Origin: a virus
Lineage: Duplodnaviria; Caudoviricetes
DNA: 59,028 nucleotides
Reading direction: 5' to 3' (one strand)
Virus record (IMG/VR): IMGVR_UViG_3300027653_000014
Span: 1 to 59,028 of that record
In this document: positions 25,688 through 36,453 of the stretch, one piece after another
How positions within the stretch are numbered: the stretch's first letter is position 1
How the letters are laid out: every line of letters starts with the position of its first letter
The notes under the pieces: generated by a model
Databases searched by the model: none
What the model saw: only the letters and a program-made list of their open reading frames with translations
What the model was told of the DNA's origin: nothing
Position numbers and translations under genes: made by a program

Positions 25688-26096
25688 CGGCATCCGATGG
25701 CGAGGCGATGACATCGGCAGTTATGCCGATGTGCTGCGCCGCGCGCGCAATGAGGTTGTTGAGATGACCGAGCAGGAACTGCACGCGCTTGGCGAGGAAG
25801 GTGTGCGGCAGGTCCGTAACAACCTTGTTCCGCATGCAGGAACCCGCACGAATCCGCTGGGACGTTACGAGACGTGGATGATGCACGACAGTTCCTCCTA
25901 CACCGTCCACACGGAGGGAGAGCGGGTGATCCTACGGTTCGGCTGGCCGGAATGGGGCGTGCCGTACGTGAAGTTTCAGGACAAGGGCACCAACCCGTTT
26001 GGCAACCACCCCGGCATTCCGGCTGCGAACTCCCTGCTGGACGCCTATATCAAACTCCGCAGCGAACTACAGGATAGGGGGTACCGCTCAGCATGA
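25671..26096 (+). CDS. Neck/tail completion protein (HK97 gp10-like)
   Basis: GRYETW.M and Y.KFQDKGT motifs; synteny. Confidence 0.6.
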   Translation: MTSKNSGIRWRGDDIGSYADVLRRARNEVVEMTEQELHALGEEGVRQVRNNLVPHAGTRTNPLGRYETWMMHDSSSYTVHTEGERVILRFGWPEWGVPYVKFQDKGTNPFGNHPGIPAANSLLDAYIKLRSELQDRGYRSA

Positions 26097-26533
26097 CTGC
26101 TAAGGCTGGTCCTATTGATGACCAAATCAAGCAGCGGCTTATTGCACTGGTGCCCAAGCTTCAGGGCCGCATATTCGAGGGCAACGTTCCTGACGGGGTA
26201 GATGTGCCTATTAGCGATGCAGGATATGTGCTGCCCTATGCCACGCTGATCTATGGTGGGGTGTTTCGTACCGGGCGTCGAATGCGGGGCATTACCTCTA
26301 CCCGCGATGACGTTAAGTACCACACGGTGACAGTGTTGGTCACTGCACCCACTGTGGACATTCTCAATGAGATGTCCGATGAGGTGCGTGATGCTCTAGA
26401 AGGCTTTGAGCCGAACGGCGCATCTGAAATGTATGAGGAGTCAACAGGCACTTCACGGTATCCAGCGGATTCTACGCTAAAGCCTGTTAGATATACGTCA
26501 ATGCTTCAGTATAGTTTGATTATCACCCCTTGA
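26093..26533 (+). CDS. Tail terminator (putative)
   Basis: G.VPD...PY motif; synteny. Confidence 0.65.
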   Translation: MTAKAGPIDDQIKQRLIALVPKLQGRIFEGNVPDGVDVPISDAGYVLPYATLIYGGVFRTGRRMRGITSTRDDVKYHTVTVLVTAPTVDILNEMSDEVRDALEGFEPNGASEMYEESTGTSRYPADSTLKPVRYTSMLQYSLIITP

Positions 26534-26572
26534 ATGCCATATCCTAGATAGGACACATGGAAGGAACGCAGT

Positions 26573-26815
26573 ATGGGCAAGTACCGTCACGTCATTTCCG
26601 GGCGTGTAGTTGAGCGCGATGACAACTACGCGCTCAGAAGTAAGGCGTTCGAGCCGGTCGATGAGGATACCCCCCTCTCCGATAAGCCGTGCATTCCCTG
26701 TGGCTTCGATGACACCTCTGCTGGCGTAGAGGACAACGAGGCTGTTGAGATTCAGTCCTATGAGGATTATGGTCTCGATAATACGGAGCCCTACAACTCT
26801 GTAGAAGGAGAGTAA
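26573..26815 (+). CDS. Small acidic hypothetical protein
   Basis: ORF with RBS just before the major tail gene. Confidence 0.65.
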   Translation: MGKYRHVISGRVVERDDNYALRSKAFEPVDEDTPLSDKPCIPCGFDDTSAGVEDNEAVEIQSYEDYGLDNTEPYNSVEGE

Positions 26816-26821
26816 CTTCTC

Positions 26822-27367
26822 ATGGCAAAGCTGATGAACCCCAACACCACGATTTGGTGGGTTGACGGGGCAGCCGTTCAGAGCGCTGACGAGATTGACC
26901 TCGATGTCCTTGAGGCCGCAGACAACATCTCGTGCGCTATCGTCACCGGCTCCACGCTCAACCCGACCGACTCGGACACCGACGACACCCGCTCCATCTG
27001 TGACGAGGGCAACGTCGCTACCCCCACGTATGACAACTACGAGGGCAACCTGACGTTCTTCCGGACCAACAACCCGGATGCGACGGAGGGTAACGACGCT
27101 GCGATGGAGCTGGCCTTCCAGCTCTTCAAGCACAAGGGCGCTGAGGGCTACCTGGTCCGCCGGATCGGCAAGAAGAACAACGTTCCTCCGGCTGCCGGCG
27201 ACCTGATTTCGGCCTTTAAGTTCCTCTCCGACAACCCGCAGGATGTCTGGGGCGGCGACGAGGGTCCGATCCAGTTCACCGTTCCCTTCCTTCAGCAGGG
27301 CGACATGGTTCTGAACAAGGAACTCACCGGGACCGGTGGCGGTGGCGGGGGCGGGGGCGGCGACTGA
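26822..27367 (+). CDS. Major tail protein
   Basis: NISCAI, D.RSICD and GYLVRRIG motifs; biased codons; terminator follows. Confidence 0.9.
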   Translation: MAKLMNPNTTIWWVDGAAVQSADEIDLDVLEAADNISCAIVTGSTLNPTDSDTDDTRSICDEGNVATPTYDNYEGNLTFFRTNNPDATEGNDAAMELAFQLFKHKGAEGYLVRRIGKKNNVPPAAGDLISAFKFLSDNPQDVWGGDEGPIQFTVPFLQQGDMVLNKELTGTGGGGGGGGGD

Positions 27368-27416
27368 TTTAGCCCCCACCTCCTGTCGAAGGGAGGTATC
27401 CGAGTATCTCTGCGAT

Positions 27417-27443
27417 AGGCCCCATCCGAAAGGGTGGGGCCTT
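27417..27443 (+). terminator. Hairpin with GAAA loop
   Basis: AGGCCCCATCC-GAAA-GGGTGGGGCCT. Confidence 0.7.
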
Positions 27444-27495
27444 CGTGGTACTATGAACAGGCAGCAATCACTAGACTTTAGGGAGAGAATCTTTC

Positions 27496-28125
27496 ATGGC
27501 CGACATCGCTGAGCAGGTTGAGCAGGCTGTTGAGTCGTTTGACCTTGAGGAGTTCATTACGGCGAACACCGCCGTGCCAACCGACACGGTGACGGTCTAC
27601 ACCGACACTCAGACGGCTTATGAGATTGAGGCGCTGAAGCGCGAGCACGAGGAGGCTGTGCAGCGCAGCGGTAAGGGCGGGCCGAAGGGCATTGCTGATG
27701 AGGCTGACCCGATTCTTGAGGAGTACGAGGACCGTGTAGAGGCGCTTCAGGAGAAGATCAAGTCCTCTGCGCTCACACTGCACATGCGAGCGGTCAATGA
27801 GGCTGAGCGCAAGGTGCTGGTCAAGAAGGTGTTCAAGGACATCAAGATTGCCAAGAACGCTTCTGAGGAGGAGCGCGGCGAGAAGGAAATCCAGCGCGAG
27901 GACGAGACGTTTATCGCGTGGTACTCCGCCTCTGTGACCAAGATCGTCCGACCTGACGGCGCTGTCGTGAGTGATGTGAAGCCTGAGCACCTACGTGCAC
28001 TGAAGACCGCGCTGTACGACAGTGAGTGGATTAAGATCGCTCAGAAGTTCGAGAGTCTGTCCTTCGCTGCACACCTTGTGGACAAGGCTGTTGATGCCGG
28101 ATTTCGTAGCGGAGCAGCTTCATAA
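27496..28125 (+). CDS. Tail assembly chaperone (G-like)
   Basis: Lies between the major tail gene and the tape measure. Confidence 0.8.
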   Translation: MADIAEQVEQAVESFDLEEFITANTAVPTDTVTVYTDTQTAYEIEALKREHEEAVQRSGKGGPKGIADEADPILEEYEDRVEALQEKIKSSALTLHMRAVNEAERKVLVKKVFKDIKIAKNASEEERGEKEIQREDETFIAWYSASVTKIVRPDGAVVSDVKPEHLRALKTALYDSEWIKIAQKFESLSFAAHLVDKAVDAGFRSGAAS

Positions 28126-28501
28126 GGAGCAGAATCGTTACCTGCATACGGCAATCAAGGCGGCTATCGAGAATAAAGTACCAACGGCCTTCTTCCTAGA
28201 TGGCCGGGAGGACCCTACCAAGTGGCTGCCAAAGGACAAGAAACTCGCTCTAGCGTGGCAGACGTATCAGGACGAACTTTGTCCCAAGTGCGGTGTTCCT
28301 ATCTGGCTGGGGCATTCGGAAGACCCGCACATTGATTTCGAGTTGAAGACTACGGTCTGCTACTCGTGCCAGGCCCTTGAACAAGACAAGCAGGACCCGC
28401 CGAAGGGTGGAATGCGGTACGCCGTCCCTGTGCCCGTAGAGATTGAGGGCGAGGATATCCAATTGCCCTCTCGTCTGAAGGGTATGGAAACCGCCCAATA
28501 G
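28094..28501 (+). CDS. Tail assembly chaperone extension (T-like), in the +1 frame
   Basis: Overlaps the end of the previous ORF; CPKCG...CYSC motif. Confidence 0.75.
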   Translation: MPDFVAEQLHKEQNRYLHTAIKAAIENKVPTAFFLDGREDPTKWLPKDKKLALAWQTYQDELCPKCGVPIWLGHSEDPHIDFELKTTVCYSCQALEQDKQDPPKGGMRYAVPVPVEIEGEDIQLPSRLKGMETAQ

Positions 28502-28567
28502 TAGTTTGTCCTCACCTGTTAGAATGGGTGAGGACTTACTATTTTCTTTAGGGGTTAGGCGGCTAGG

Positions 28568-31500
28568 GTGGCAGACCACAGGTATTTTGCTGAACTTGGC
28601 ATTGACGCCGGTACTGCTGTCAAGGCTTTCGGAGAAACCGCCAAGGAAGCCCAGGGGCTTCAGGGTACTCTTGATGCACTTGACGGGGCGCTCAAGCGGG
28701 TTGGCGGTACTAGTGAGAAGACGGCTGAGAAGACTGGCCGCACCCTAAAGCTCTACCAGCAGCTCTCCTCTGCTGTTGGTGCGTATGCTCGCGCCGCTAA
28801 GACCCTTGCTAGTCCAGAGGCTGTTAAGGGCCAACAGCAGATGGGCGATGCCCTTGCGAATATGCGCAAGGAGTTGCAGGCCATCAATGCGCAGAATGTC
28901 AAGCACCCCATTGGCGGGGTCGAGGGCATTCAGGAGACTCTGAACCTCTACAAGCAACTCGCCCAGGCGTCCAGCACGTACAGTGGCTCTCTGCGCAATG
29001 AGGCGCAGGCGATCAAGGCTGTTGCTGATGCTGAGGCTAACCGGGCGCGCATCTCGCAGCAGGCTGCTAGCGCATCCACCCGAGGCACTGACATTTGGGG
29101 CGTCGGTAAGGATGAGCGTGCTGAGCGCCAGCGTGCCAACGTCCAGATGCAGGCCCGCCGTGAGATGGAAGCAGAGTTCGCCCGGCGACGCGAACTTGTG
29201 CAGCAGGAAGGGGTCATGCAGACTCGCGCGCAGCGCGAGATGGAGGCCGAGTTTGCACGCCGGGAGAAGGCACAGGCCAAGGCCACCGCAGAGCAGGAGA
29301 AGGCTACTCAGGCGACGCAGAAGGGTGCTGCTGCCGAGGATGACTACGAGCGCGGACTAGCCGCTACCCGGTACGCGCTGTATGAGATTGCTGCCGCCTA
29401 CACCGCTGTGTCGGCTGCGGCCCTCGCCCTTCCTGTGAGTTCTGCTAAGGCCGCTATCGAGATGGAGGCGCAGTTCGCGCACGTCGCGCGGACCACGCAG
29501 GCTGCTGAGGCTCCGCTAGCAACTCTGCGTGACCGGTTTGTGGACCTGTCCACCGAGATTCCGGTGACCTTCGAGGAACTGTCGCAGATCGGCACCCTCG
29601 GTGCTCAGATGGGCATTGCGGCTAACGATCTTGAGTCTTTCGCTGACACGGTTGCCAAGTTCTCTGCCACCACTGACGTGTCGGTGGACCAGGCTGCTAT
29701 GTCGTTTGGACGCCTGTCCAACATGATGCACCTGACTGAGGCTGACTACCACCGTCTCGGCTCTTCAATCTCTGAGCTGGGTACCGCCTCTGTGTCTACC
29801 GAGTCGGAGATTCTGGCGATTGCTGAGGCCATCGCTACCTCGGCTAACATGGCGGGCTTCAGCGCGGATCAAGTTGTCGGCCTGTCTACGGCGATGGCCT
29901 CGCTGCGTATCCGCCCGGAGATGGCGCGGGGCGCGATGCAGCGCGTCTTTGCACAGATCAACGCTGCTGTGGCTGACGGGACTGATGCACTGACCAACTA
30001 CGCCTCCGCACTAGGCATCACCGAGCAGGCTGCTGCCGACCTGTGGCGTAACGACCCCTCACAGTTCTTCCAGGGGGTTGCCCAGGCTATTGGCGAGATG
30101 GATGACAACATCCAGCGGAGCCAGTTCATCCGCGAGGGACTGGGCCTGCGTAACGTCCGTGACATCGAACTGCTGAACCGCCTGTCCAACGGCTACGAGG
30201 TTTACGCCGACTCGATGATGCTGGCGAATGACGCCTATGCACGCGGCGACTACCTTGAAACTGAGGCCGGTGTCATCTTCGAGACGACGGCTGCCAGCCT
30301 TGAGAAGCTGGGTTCCGCGTTCCAGGGAATGCTCGACTCCTTTGGGCAGGACAGCCTTGGTCCGGTGCAGTTGGTGGCTGAAGTCCTCATTCGCCTGATG
30401 AACGCGATCCGTGACCTGCCTTCGTGGGCCAAGGGCAGCACCGTTGCGCTGTTGGCAGTTGTTGGTGCTGTGGCTGCAATGCGTGCGGCTATTGCACTTT
30501 CTCTGGCTTCACTGCGCGCCTTCCGCCTGGTGAACCAACAACTCAACATTGATAGTACGCGGTCTATGCTGACGCTGCGGAATCTCAACAACGAGTTCCG
30601 TCAGACCTTCCCTGCTGCTAACACTGCGGCTGCCGGGGTGCGGAGTTTCACTGCTCAGCTCTCTGCCGCGCAGGGGGTGATGGCCCGTACTGGTGTGGTC
30701 GCGCGGGGCATGTGGACTGCCATCGGCGGACCTATCGGGCTTATTGGGATCATCGCCTCCGTGGGCGCGGCTGTATGGGGTCTGGTGAATGCCCACGAAA
30801 GCGCGGCTAGTGCAGCCAAGGCGCACGCGGACTCGTTTATCGAGAACGCGGGCGGCATGGAGTCCTTGATGCAGGAGCTGCGTAAGGATGCCGAGGAATT
30901 TGCCAGTGGCGCGCAGACTGATGTGCTGGGCGAGCTGAACGTGCAGATTCGTGAGACAGAGCCCGCTGCCAAGACTGCTGCGGACGCGCTTCAGGGCACG
31001 CTCATCCCGGCCCACGAAGACCAGGCTGAGGCCGTTCGTGGCGTTACTGACGCCTACCTTGAAGGTATCGGGGCCATCGGTGAGCACACCGACGCTTGGA
31101 TGCGTGCGGGCCTTGCTGATGCGCTCAGTAAGGAACTGTCTGCTGAGGACATCACTCAACTGATAGAGGGCGGTTTCGACTTTGAGCAGCTGGTAACCCT
31201 ATGGCAGGACCAGGGTGCTGAGGGGGCACGTCAGTATGTTGAGGAGTTCTCGCGCGCGCTGCGTGAAGGTAGCGGAGTGCGGGGAGACATCTTCCGAGCG
31301 GTTCCTGAGTGGGGCTTGTCAGAGGATGAGGCTAACCAAGTTTGGCGGCTTGCTGAAAGGGTCGGCAGCACTATTGTTGACCTCAACCACGGGTTGGACG
31401 AGATTAACTCCCGGTTCCTCATCACTAGCGAACTTGGCATCGATATGTTCGATGACGCCACGGAGGGCGCTGCTGGGCTGAATGAGGAGGTTGACAGCCT

Positions 31501-33445
31501 CGCTGACTCCTTCAACGATCTTGTCAGTGAGATGTTCGGCCTTGTCGATGCTGAGGCCGCTGTCTATGCAGCGATGGAGAAGCTGGGCCAGTCTCTTGAT
31601 GAGAACGGCAACTCCTTCGACATCATGACGGAGAAGGGGCGTGCCAATATGGACGCGCTTCAGTCCCTCATCTCCGCTGTGGGCGAGGACATCGCTGCGC
31701 AGGTCGAGTCCGGCGCAATGACTGCTGAGGCCGGGGCGCAGGCGTTCGGCATGTACGTGGAGAGCATTGTTGCTGACCTCGGCGCGATGGGGGTTGACAC
31801 TTCTCAGTTTGACTTCTTCCGCGACCACCTCGATACCCTGTTCGCGCCCCCGGTGGTTGTTGATGTCGATGTGCAGCACGCTATGGAGAAGTTGGAGGTG
31901 TTGCAGACCTACGCCATCCAGGTGCTGAACAACATCGCGGCACAGTCGGACGGCGTGCGTGGGGCAGTGGCTCGCTGGGGCGCTGGCGCGGTCAAGAGCG
32001 CCCAGCGTACTGTGCGGACCAAGATTGCTGCACCCGACGTGGCTAAGCGGCGACAGGTCAACCTGAACCGCGAGGCAGCAGACTACCAGCGACTGAACAC
32101 CACCCAACTTGCACGCTCGGCTGCGGAGCAGGAGCGCCTTGCTAAGGCGGCTGAGAAGGCCAACAAGAGCACCCGCGACACTGCTGACCAGGCCAAGCGC
32201 CTGAAGGAGCAGATCGCTGAGGCGAGCGACGAAGGCCGCATCTTCGAGGAGACGATGAAGGAGCTTCGTAGCGCCTTCAGTGACACCCTCGACCGTTTCG
32301 GCGGACACCAGTCGGCGCGTGACACGATGGAGGGGCAGCTCCATGCGATGCGCAATGCCGCCCAGCAGGCCCGTGAGGAGGTCAAGAGCCTCCGTGATGA
32401 AGCGCGCTCGCTGCGACAGGAAGCCCGCGACTCTCAGATCGAGGCTGAGCAGGCGGAAATCTTCGCTGCTGTGGCCCGCCGTTACGGTGACACTACGCGC
32501 TACAACGAGTACAGCAACGAGGCGCGTAAGGCCCGTGAGAACGCTAAGGAGAAGAACCGCTTGGCGTCTGCGGCTGAGAAGGAAGCCACGGCGCTCGACC
32601 GCAACCGCAACGCGCTGACCGGGTACAGCGAGCAGGCGATCAAGAACCGCGAAGACGTTCGTCGCTTGCAGTCCACGATGGCCGACCTCATCATCGCCTA
32701 CGCCGAGACCGGGGCCACCACCGAGGAGGTCACCCGCTACGCAGAAGACCTGCGGCGCAAGTTCATTGACCAGCTCACGCAAATGGGCTACAACCGCCGG
32801 GATGTTGTACGGCTCAGCGATGTGTTCAAGGACTTGAAGCGCGACATTGAGCGGGTGCCGCGTGAGGTGCGTGTTCGTGCCCGTGCTGAAGTTGACGAGG
32901 CACGCCGCAAGCTGAATGATCTTGCTAAGGGCCGCACCGTTCCTGTGACCGTCCGTGCCACGAATGACAACTTGCGCATGAGCGGTTCGATGGAAGCGAA
33001 TAAAATGAACATCCGCAAGGAGATTACGACCCCCCGCGTGCGCTCTAGTGGTCACGGGGGCGGTGCCCCGTATGCGATGTTCGCGGGCGGCGGTCAGCTT
33101 CCTGGCTCTTACAGCGGGCCACTCAACAAGGACGACAAGTTAGTGGTCGGCCCGAACGGACCGGAGGCTTCTGTCCGCTCGGGTGAGTGGGTCATGCCTG
33201 TCCCGGCTGTAAACCATTACGGCAAGGACTTTATGCACGCAGTGCAGACCATGAAGTTCAACCCGATTGTCCGAGTGCAGACCGGAGCAGGTGCGGGAAG
33301 TGGTATTCAGGACGTGAACCTGCTGCCTCACAACATTCAGCAGATCGCCCGTGCTGTGAGCACTGTTCTTGCTGTGGATGGTAAGGTCATTGCAGCGACT
33401 ACTAACGGGCAGAATACTAACGCTGCGCGGAGAGGAACACGGTAA
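28568..33445 (+). CDS. Tape measure protein
   Basis: 1625 aa, Ala-rich and helical, with a TP901-type core and a C-terminal GEWV motif. Confidence 0.95.
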   Translation: MADHRYFAELGIDAGTAVKAFGETAKEAQGLQGTLDALDGALKRVGGTSEKTAEKTGRTLKLYQQLSSAVGAYARAAKTLASPEAVKGQQQMGDALANMRKELQAINAQNVKHPIGGVEGIQETLNLYKQLAQASSTYSGSLRNEAQAIKAVADAEANRARISQQAASASTRGTDIWGVGKDERAERQRANVQMQARREMEAEFARRRELVQQEGVMQTRAQREMEAEFARREKAQAKATAEQEKATQATQKGAAAEDDYERGLAATRYALYEIAAAYTAVSAAALALPVSSAKAAIEMEAQFAHVARTTQAAEAPLATLRDRFVDLSTEIPVTFEELSQIGTLGAQMGIAANDLESFADTVAKFSATTDVSVDQAAMSFGRLSNMMHLTEADYHRLGSSISELGTASVSTESEILAIAEAIATSANMAGFSADQVVGLSTAMASLRIRPEMARGAMQRVFAQINAAVADGTDALTNYASALGITEQAAADLWRNDPSQFFQGVAQAIGEMDDNIQRSQFIREGLGLRNVRDIELLNRLSNGYEVYADSMMLANDAYARGDYLETEAGVIFETTAASLEKLGSAFQGMLDSFGQDSLGPVQLVAEVLIRLMNAIRDLPSWAKGSTVALLAVVGAVAAMRAAIALSLASLRAFRLVNQQLNIDSTRSMLTLRNLNNEFRQTFPAANTAAAGVRSFTAQLSAAQGVMARTGVVARGMWTAIGGPIGLIGIIASVGAAVWGLVNAHESAASAAKAHADSFIENAGGMESLMQELRKDAEEFASGAQTDVLGELNVQIRETEPAAKTAADALQGTLIPAHEDQAEAVRGVTDAYLEGIGAIGEHTDAWMRAGLADALSKELSAEDITQLIEGGFDFEQLVTLWQDQGAEGARQYVEEFSRALREGSGVRGDIFRAVPEWGLSEDEANQVWRLAERVGSTIVDLNHGLDEINSRFLITSELGIDMFDDATEGAAGLNEEVDSLADSFNDLVSEMFGLVDAEAAVYAAMEKLGQSLDENGNSFDIMTEKGRANMDALQSLISAVGEDIAAQVESGAMTAEAGAQAFGMYVESIVADLGAMGVDTSQFDFFRDHLDTLFAPPVVVDVDVQHAMEKLEVLQTYAIQVLNNIAAQSDGVRGAVARWGAGAVKSAQRTVRTKIAAPDVAKRRQVNLNREAADYQRLNTTQLARSAAEQERLAKAAEKANKSTRDTADQAKRLKEQIAEASDEGRIFEETMKELRSAFSDTLDRFGGHQSARDTMEGQLHAMRNAAQQAREEVKSLRDEARSLRQEARDSQIEAEQAEIFAAVARRYGDTTRYNEYSNEARKARENAKEKNRLASAAEKEATALDRNRNALTGYSEQAIKNREDVRRLQSTMADLIIAYAETGATTEEVTRYAEDLRRKFIDQLTQMGYNRRDVVRLSDVFKDLKRDIERVPREVRVRARAEVDEARRKLNDLAKGRTVPVTVRATNDNLRMSGSMEANKMNIRKEITTPRVRSSGHGGGAPYAMFAGGGQLPGSYSGPLNKDDKLVVGPNGPEASVRSGEWVMPVPAVNHYGKDFMHAVQTMKFNPIVRVQTGAGAGSGIQDVNLLPHNIQQIARAVSTVLAVDGKVIAATTNGQNTNAARRGTR

Positions 33446-34260
33446 TGGCTGAATGTGGCCTGTACTTCGGCAATGCGGAACACATGACTTGGCTACCTGC
33501 CCCGGATGGCGAGGCAGGGGCCAGTTATCGTGGGTGGGGGGTGTCTGGCGGCTTCATCAACGGCGGTGCTTTTGTACGGCGCAGCCTCACACATCACATG
33601 GCCTACCAGTTCAACTGGACCATGAAGAGTCGAGCTGAGTTGGCAAAGATCGAAGACTTCTATGGCGGTCGCTACGGCGAAGGCCCCTTCTACATGGTGA
33701 TGCCCGGCACTCACGACAACATTCTTCCTAAGTCGTGGTCAATGCCGCGTACCACTCTGAAGGATGGACCTTCTCTCGTATATGAGAACCCTCCTACAGC
33801 CGCCAATCTAACCGCCTCAAACGGACGGCCCTCTGTGGCTGCAAGGTACGAAATCAATGACGAGGAATTGGAAAGGGCCGAGATTGTTCTGCCCGTTCCG
33901 CCCGGCTATTTCCTACATTTCGGAGTGCAAGGCACATTCACAGGAGACACCCATATTGAGCTGAATGGAATGGCTGTTGCCCCTCTGGCTAACGACGCAG
34001 AGGAAATGACCAACACTGTCATTGATCAGCCGGGCCTGTACAGCATTTCGCTACAGGGCACTGGCACCGCTACTATCGCGGCAATGACTGCTCGGCTCGC
34101 TGAAAGCGGGGATGCTGAAGACCTTGCCGTGTTTGTGCCGGGGCGCGGTGCCTCCGCTGTAGAGTTCGAGCCTGATAGCCTTGATATTACGGTGTCGAGC
34201 GCAGCCAAAGACTTCTACCACGGAACCGCGACATTGATTGAGGTAGGCCAGTGGGCGTAG
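33445..34260 (+). CDS. Minor tail protein (distal tail-like)
   Basis: Immediately follows the tape measure. Confidence 0.75.
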   Translation: MAECGLYFGNAEHMTWLPAPDGEAGASYRGWGVSGGFINGGAFVRRSLTHHMAYQFNWTMKSRAELAKIEDFYGGRYGEGPFYMVMPGTHDNILPKSWSMPRTTLKDGPSLVYENPPTAANLTASNGRPSVAARYEINDEELERAEIVLPVPPGYFLHFGVQGTFTGDTHIELNGMAVAPLANDAEEMTNTVIDQPGLYSISLQGTGTATIAAMTARLAESGDAEDLAVFVPGRGASAVEFEPDSLDITVSSAAKDFYHGTATLIEVGQWA

Positions 34261-35729
34261 AGATTTATGGTATTCCCGAGCCACGCAATGTGATTGCATG
34301 GGGCGTCGAGGAGGATATTACTCCTATTGACCCCGGCAGTATGAATGGTGGGGCTGGCAGCATTAGTCTGACCACTGTTGATTGGCCGACCTCTCGCCTT
34401 ATTGAGGGCACTGATATTGTTCTCAAGGACTCTGATTACGGTACTACTATTGGTACCGCTCAGGACGTTGATGGAGATGGCGCTACTGTTTCTATCATTG
34501 CCAATAGCGAGTTAGCGAACTTTAATGCCCAGCGCACCACAGGTCCGTACTCTGGGTCTCTCAGTGGACTGTTCCAGAAACTGATGGACCTTTCCAACGT
34601 GTATTCGCTGCTGGACTTTCAGGCCCAGGATCGCACCGTGCATGTGCCTGGGTTCGTCGGTAATGTGTGGGATGAAGTAAAGAGCCTCTGCGCGGCTTAC
34701 CGTGTTGAGCTTGCCCTTGTGGCCGACAGGATCGTGGTGCGGCCTATTCGCTCACGCACCATCACGCTGCCCAACGAAACGGCCTACTCCTTCCGTACCA
34801 ATAGGCAGACCGCCTCACTAGCAGTGGATGTGGCGTTCTACAACTACCGGCCCATCAACCGAGGAGAGGTCTTCCCTGTGCCTGGCGAAGACCCGCCGAT
34901 CCACTCAGTAGAGGCCGGGGAGATTTCCGAGTACGAGTTGTCAGTGAACGCTTCGCTGTCTGACGTACGGCAGCCTGTTGCGATGATGAGTGTCGGGCCG
35001 GGCGACCGGTCAGGCACTAACGGAGCATACTCGGTGGTGGGCAACGACAACTTGCCCATTACTCCTGCGCAGTGGCGTGCTGCGGGCGGCAATGTAGAGG
35101 TGCTGCTGACTGACGAGCCGGGCCGCTTACTGCTACGGATCACAGGGGCGCAGATTGACCACCTTTCTCCCTTCCGCATTGCGGAGTCAGCAGGAGGCAC
35201 AGACTTCAACTCGTTGCACATTACTGGAACCGGAGTTGCCTGGGAGCAGGAGGGTGTGCGGTTGTTCACCGGGGCAAACCCTTTGAAGGTGACCTCTGAG
35301 CTTGCGCCCCCTGTGGACAACCCGTACATCACCTCGCGCGAGCAGGCGATGGTGACGGGTGCTCACGCTGCTGCGGCGCACAGTGGCGGGCAGGCGTCTG
35401 TACAGGCAGCCACCAACAAGATTCGTGGGCTTGATCAGACGTTCGGTAATGTAGTGGGCTCTCGCATAGAGCGGGACGGTGCCATGTACCGCATCGAGTC
35501 CATGTCAGCGGGTCCTGAAGGGCTGTCCGTTGACGGCTCAATGGACACCACCGTGGCCGACTTCAATAATCTCGGACTAACCACTGAGGAGTTCAACACT
35601 CTGTGGCAGGATGCTGACGCTAAATCATTCAGCCTTATGCCTCTGCGTAGGCCAGAGACTGATATAGTAGAGGAAGATACATATGGCAGTGGAATATACG
35701 GGCGCGGCGAATATGGGGATGGTGGCTGA
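34251..35729 (+). CDS. Minor tail/baseplate hub protein
   Basis: Synteny; 492 aa. Confidence 0.75.
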   Translation: MGVEIYGIPEPRNVIAWGVEEDITPIDPGSMNGGAGSISLTTVDWPTSRLIEGTDIVLKDSDYGTTIGTAQDVDGDGATVSIIANSELANFNAQRTTGPYSGSLSGLFQKLMDLSNVYSLLDFQAQDRTVHVPGFVGNVWDEVKSLCAAYRVELALVADRIVVRPIRSRTITLPNETAYSFRTNRQTASLAVDVAFYNYRPINRGEVFPVPGEDPPIHSVEAGEISEYELSVNASLSDVRQPVAMMSVGPGDRSGTNGAYSVVGNDNLPITPAQWRAAGGNVEVLLTDEPGRLLLRITGAQIDHLSPFRIAESAGGTDFNSLHITGTGVAWEQEGVRLFTGANPLKVTSELAPPVDNPYITSREQAMVTGAHAAAAHSGGQASVQAATNKIRGLDQTFGNVVGSRIERDGAMYRIESMSAGPEGLSVDGSMDTTVADFNNLGLTTEEFNTLWQDADAKSFSLMPLRRPETDIVEEDTYGSGIYGRGEYGDGG

Positions 35730-36442
35730 TGTCTGTTCCTGACCTCCCCTTTGTGGGCCAGAAGAACTGGGGCTCTCCGCTAAACACAGGCATTGAGGCC
35801 CGCACCAGCAGCGACTACTTGGCTGACAAGCTGGCAGAAGATGGTCCGTTTCGCTCATCCCTTATGAGCACCTTTGCTCACCTGGACGACGACGACCGGC
35901 TGGTGATCGACGGCGAGCAGGTCGGCCCCGGGCAGGTCGCCGCGATGCCCAACCATGCGACTGGCGCGGCTGGTCTTGCGGTCTTGGCCGCCGCACTACC
36001 CGCCGACGCACGCGAGGCGCTCGACATCACCGTGGACACGTCCGTAGGCACCAGGGTGATGGTCGGCGGAGTGATGATCTACGGCGACACCGGATGGCGC
36101 GACATTCGGTCTGCGCTCATCAATGGATGGACCGCCACCCGTGCTCAGGTACGCCGACAGGGGAGCAGCATTACATTTCGCTTTCGCGTGCTAGATGGAA
36201 CTGCCGCCACGAACTTCACGTTCATGGCTCTTCCGCCCGGCTTTCGTCCGACCGCTGGCACCAACGCATTCATGCCCGACCCGGACGGAACGTATGTCAA
36301 CTTCGGCATCCAGGCAGGCGGCAACGTAAGCGCCCCCCGAGCGGGAGAGGTATATCTCCCGAACCTGTACGTAGACCACTTTTCCCAACCAGTCCCCGTC
36401 GCCAGCGCCTGGCCTGACGCTCTGCCCGGCACCCCGGCCTGA
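35729..36442 (+). CDS. Minor tail fibre protein
   Basis: GQKNWG..LN N-terminus; DTGWR and LPPGFRP tail-fibre motifs. Confidence 0.75.
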   Translation: MSVPDLPFVGQKNWGSPLNTGIEARTSSDYLADKLAEDGPFRSSLMSTFAHLDDDDRLVIDGEQVGPGQVAAMPNHATGAAGLAVLAAALPADAREALDITVDTSVGTRVMVGGVMIYGDTGWRDIRSALINGWTATRAQVRRQGSSITFRFRVLDGTAATNFTFMALPPGFRPTAGTNAFMPDPDGTYVNFGIQAGGNVSAPRAGEVYLPNLYVDHFSQPVPVASAWPDALPGTPA

Positions 36443-36453
36443 GAGGATCACCG

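Noticed and set aside
27330-27420. Frameshift or readthrough extension of the major tail protein after its poly-Gly end
   Set aside because: All frames close within about 30 codons and a terminator follows. There is no Ig-like ORF downstream.
22224-33055. Long antisense ORFs (e.g. 22224-23552, 26498-27379, 31319-33055)
   Set aside because: They are shadows of strongly codon-biased GC-rich genes on the other strand, with no RBS or protein-like motifs.
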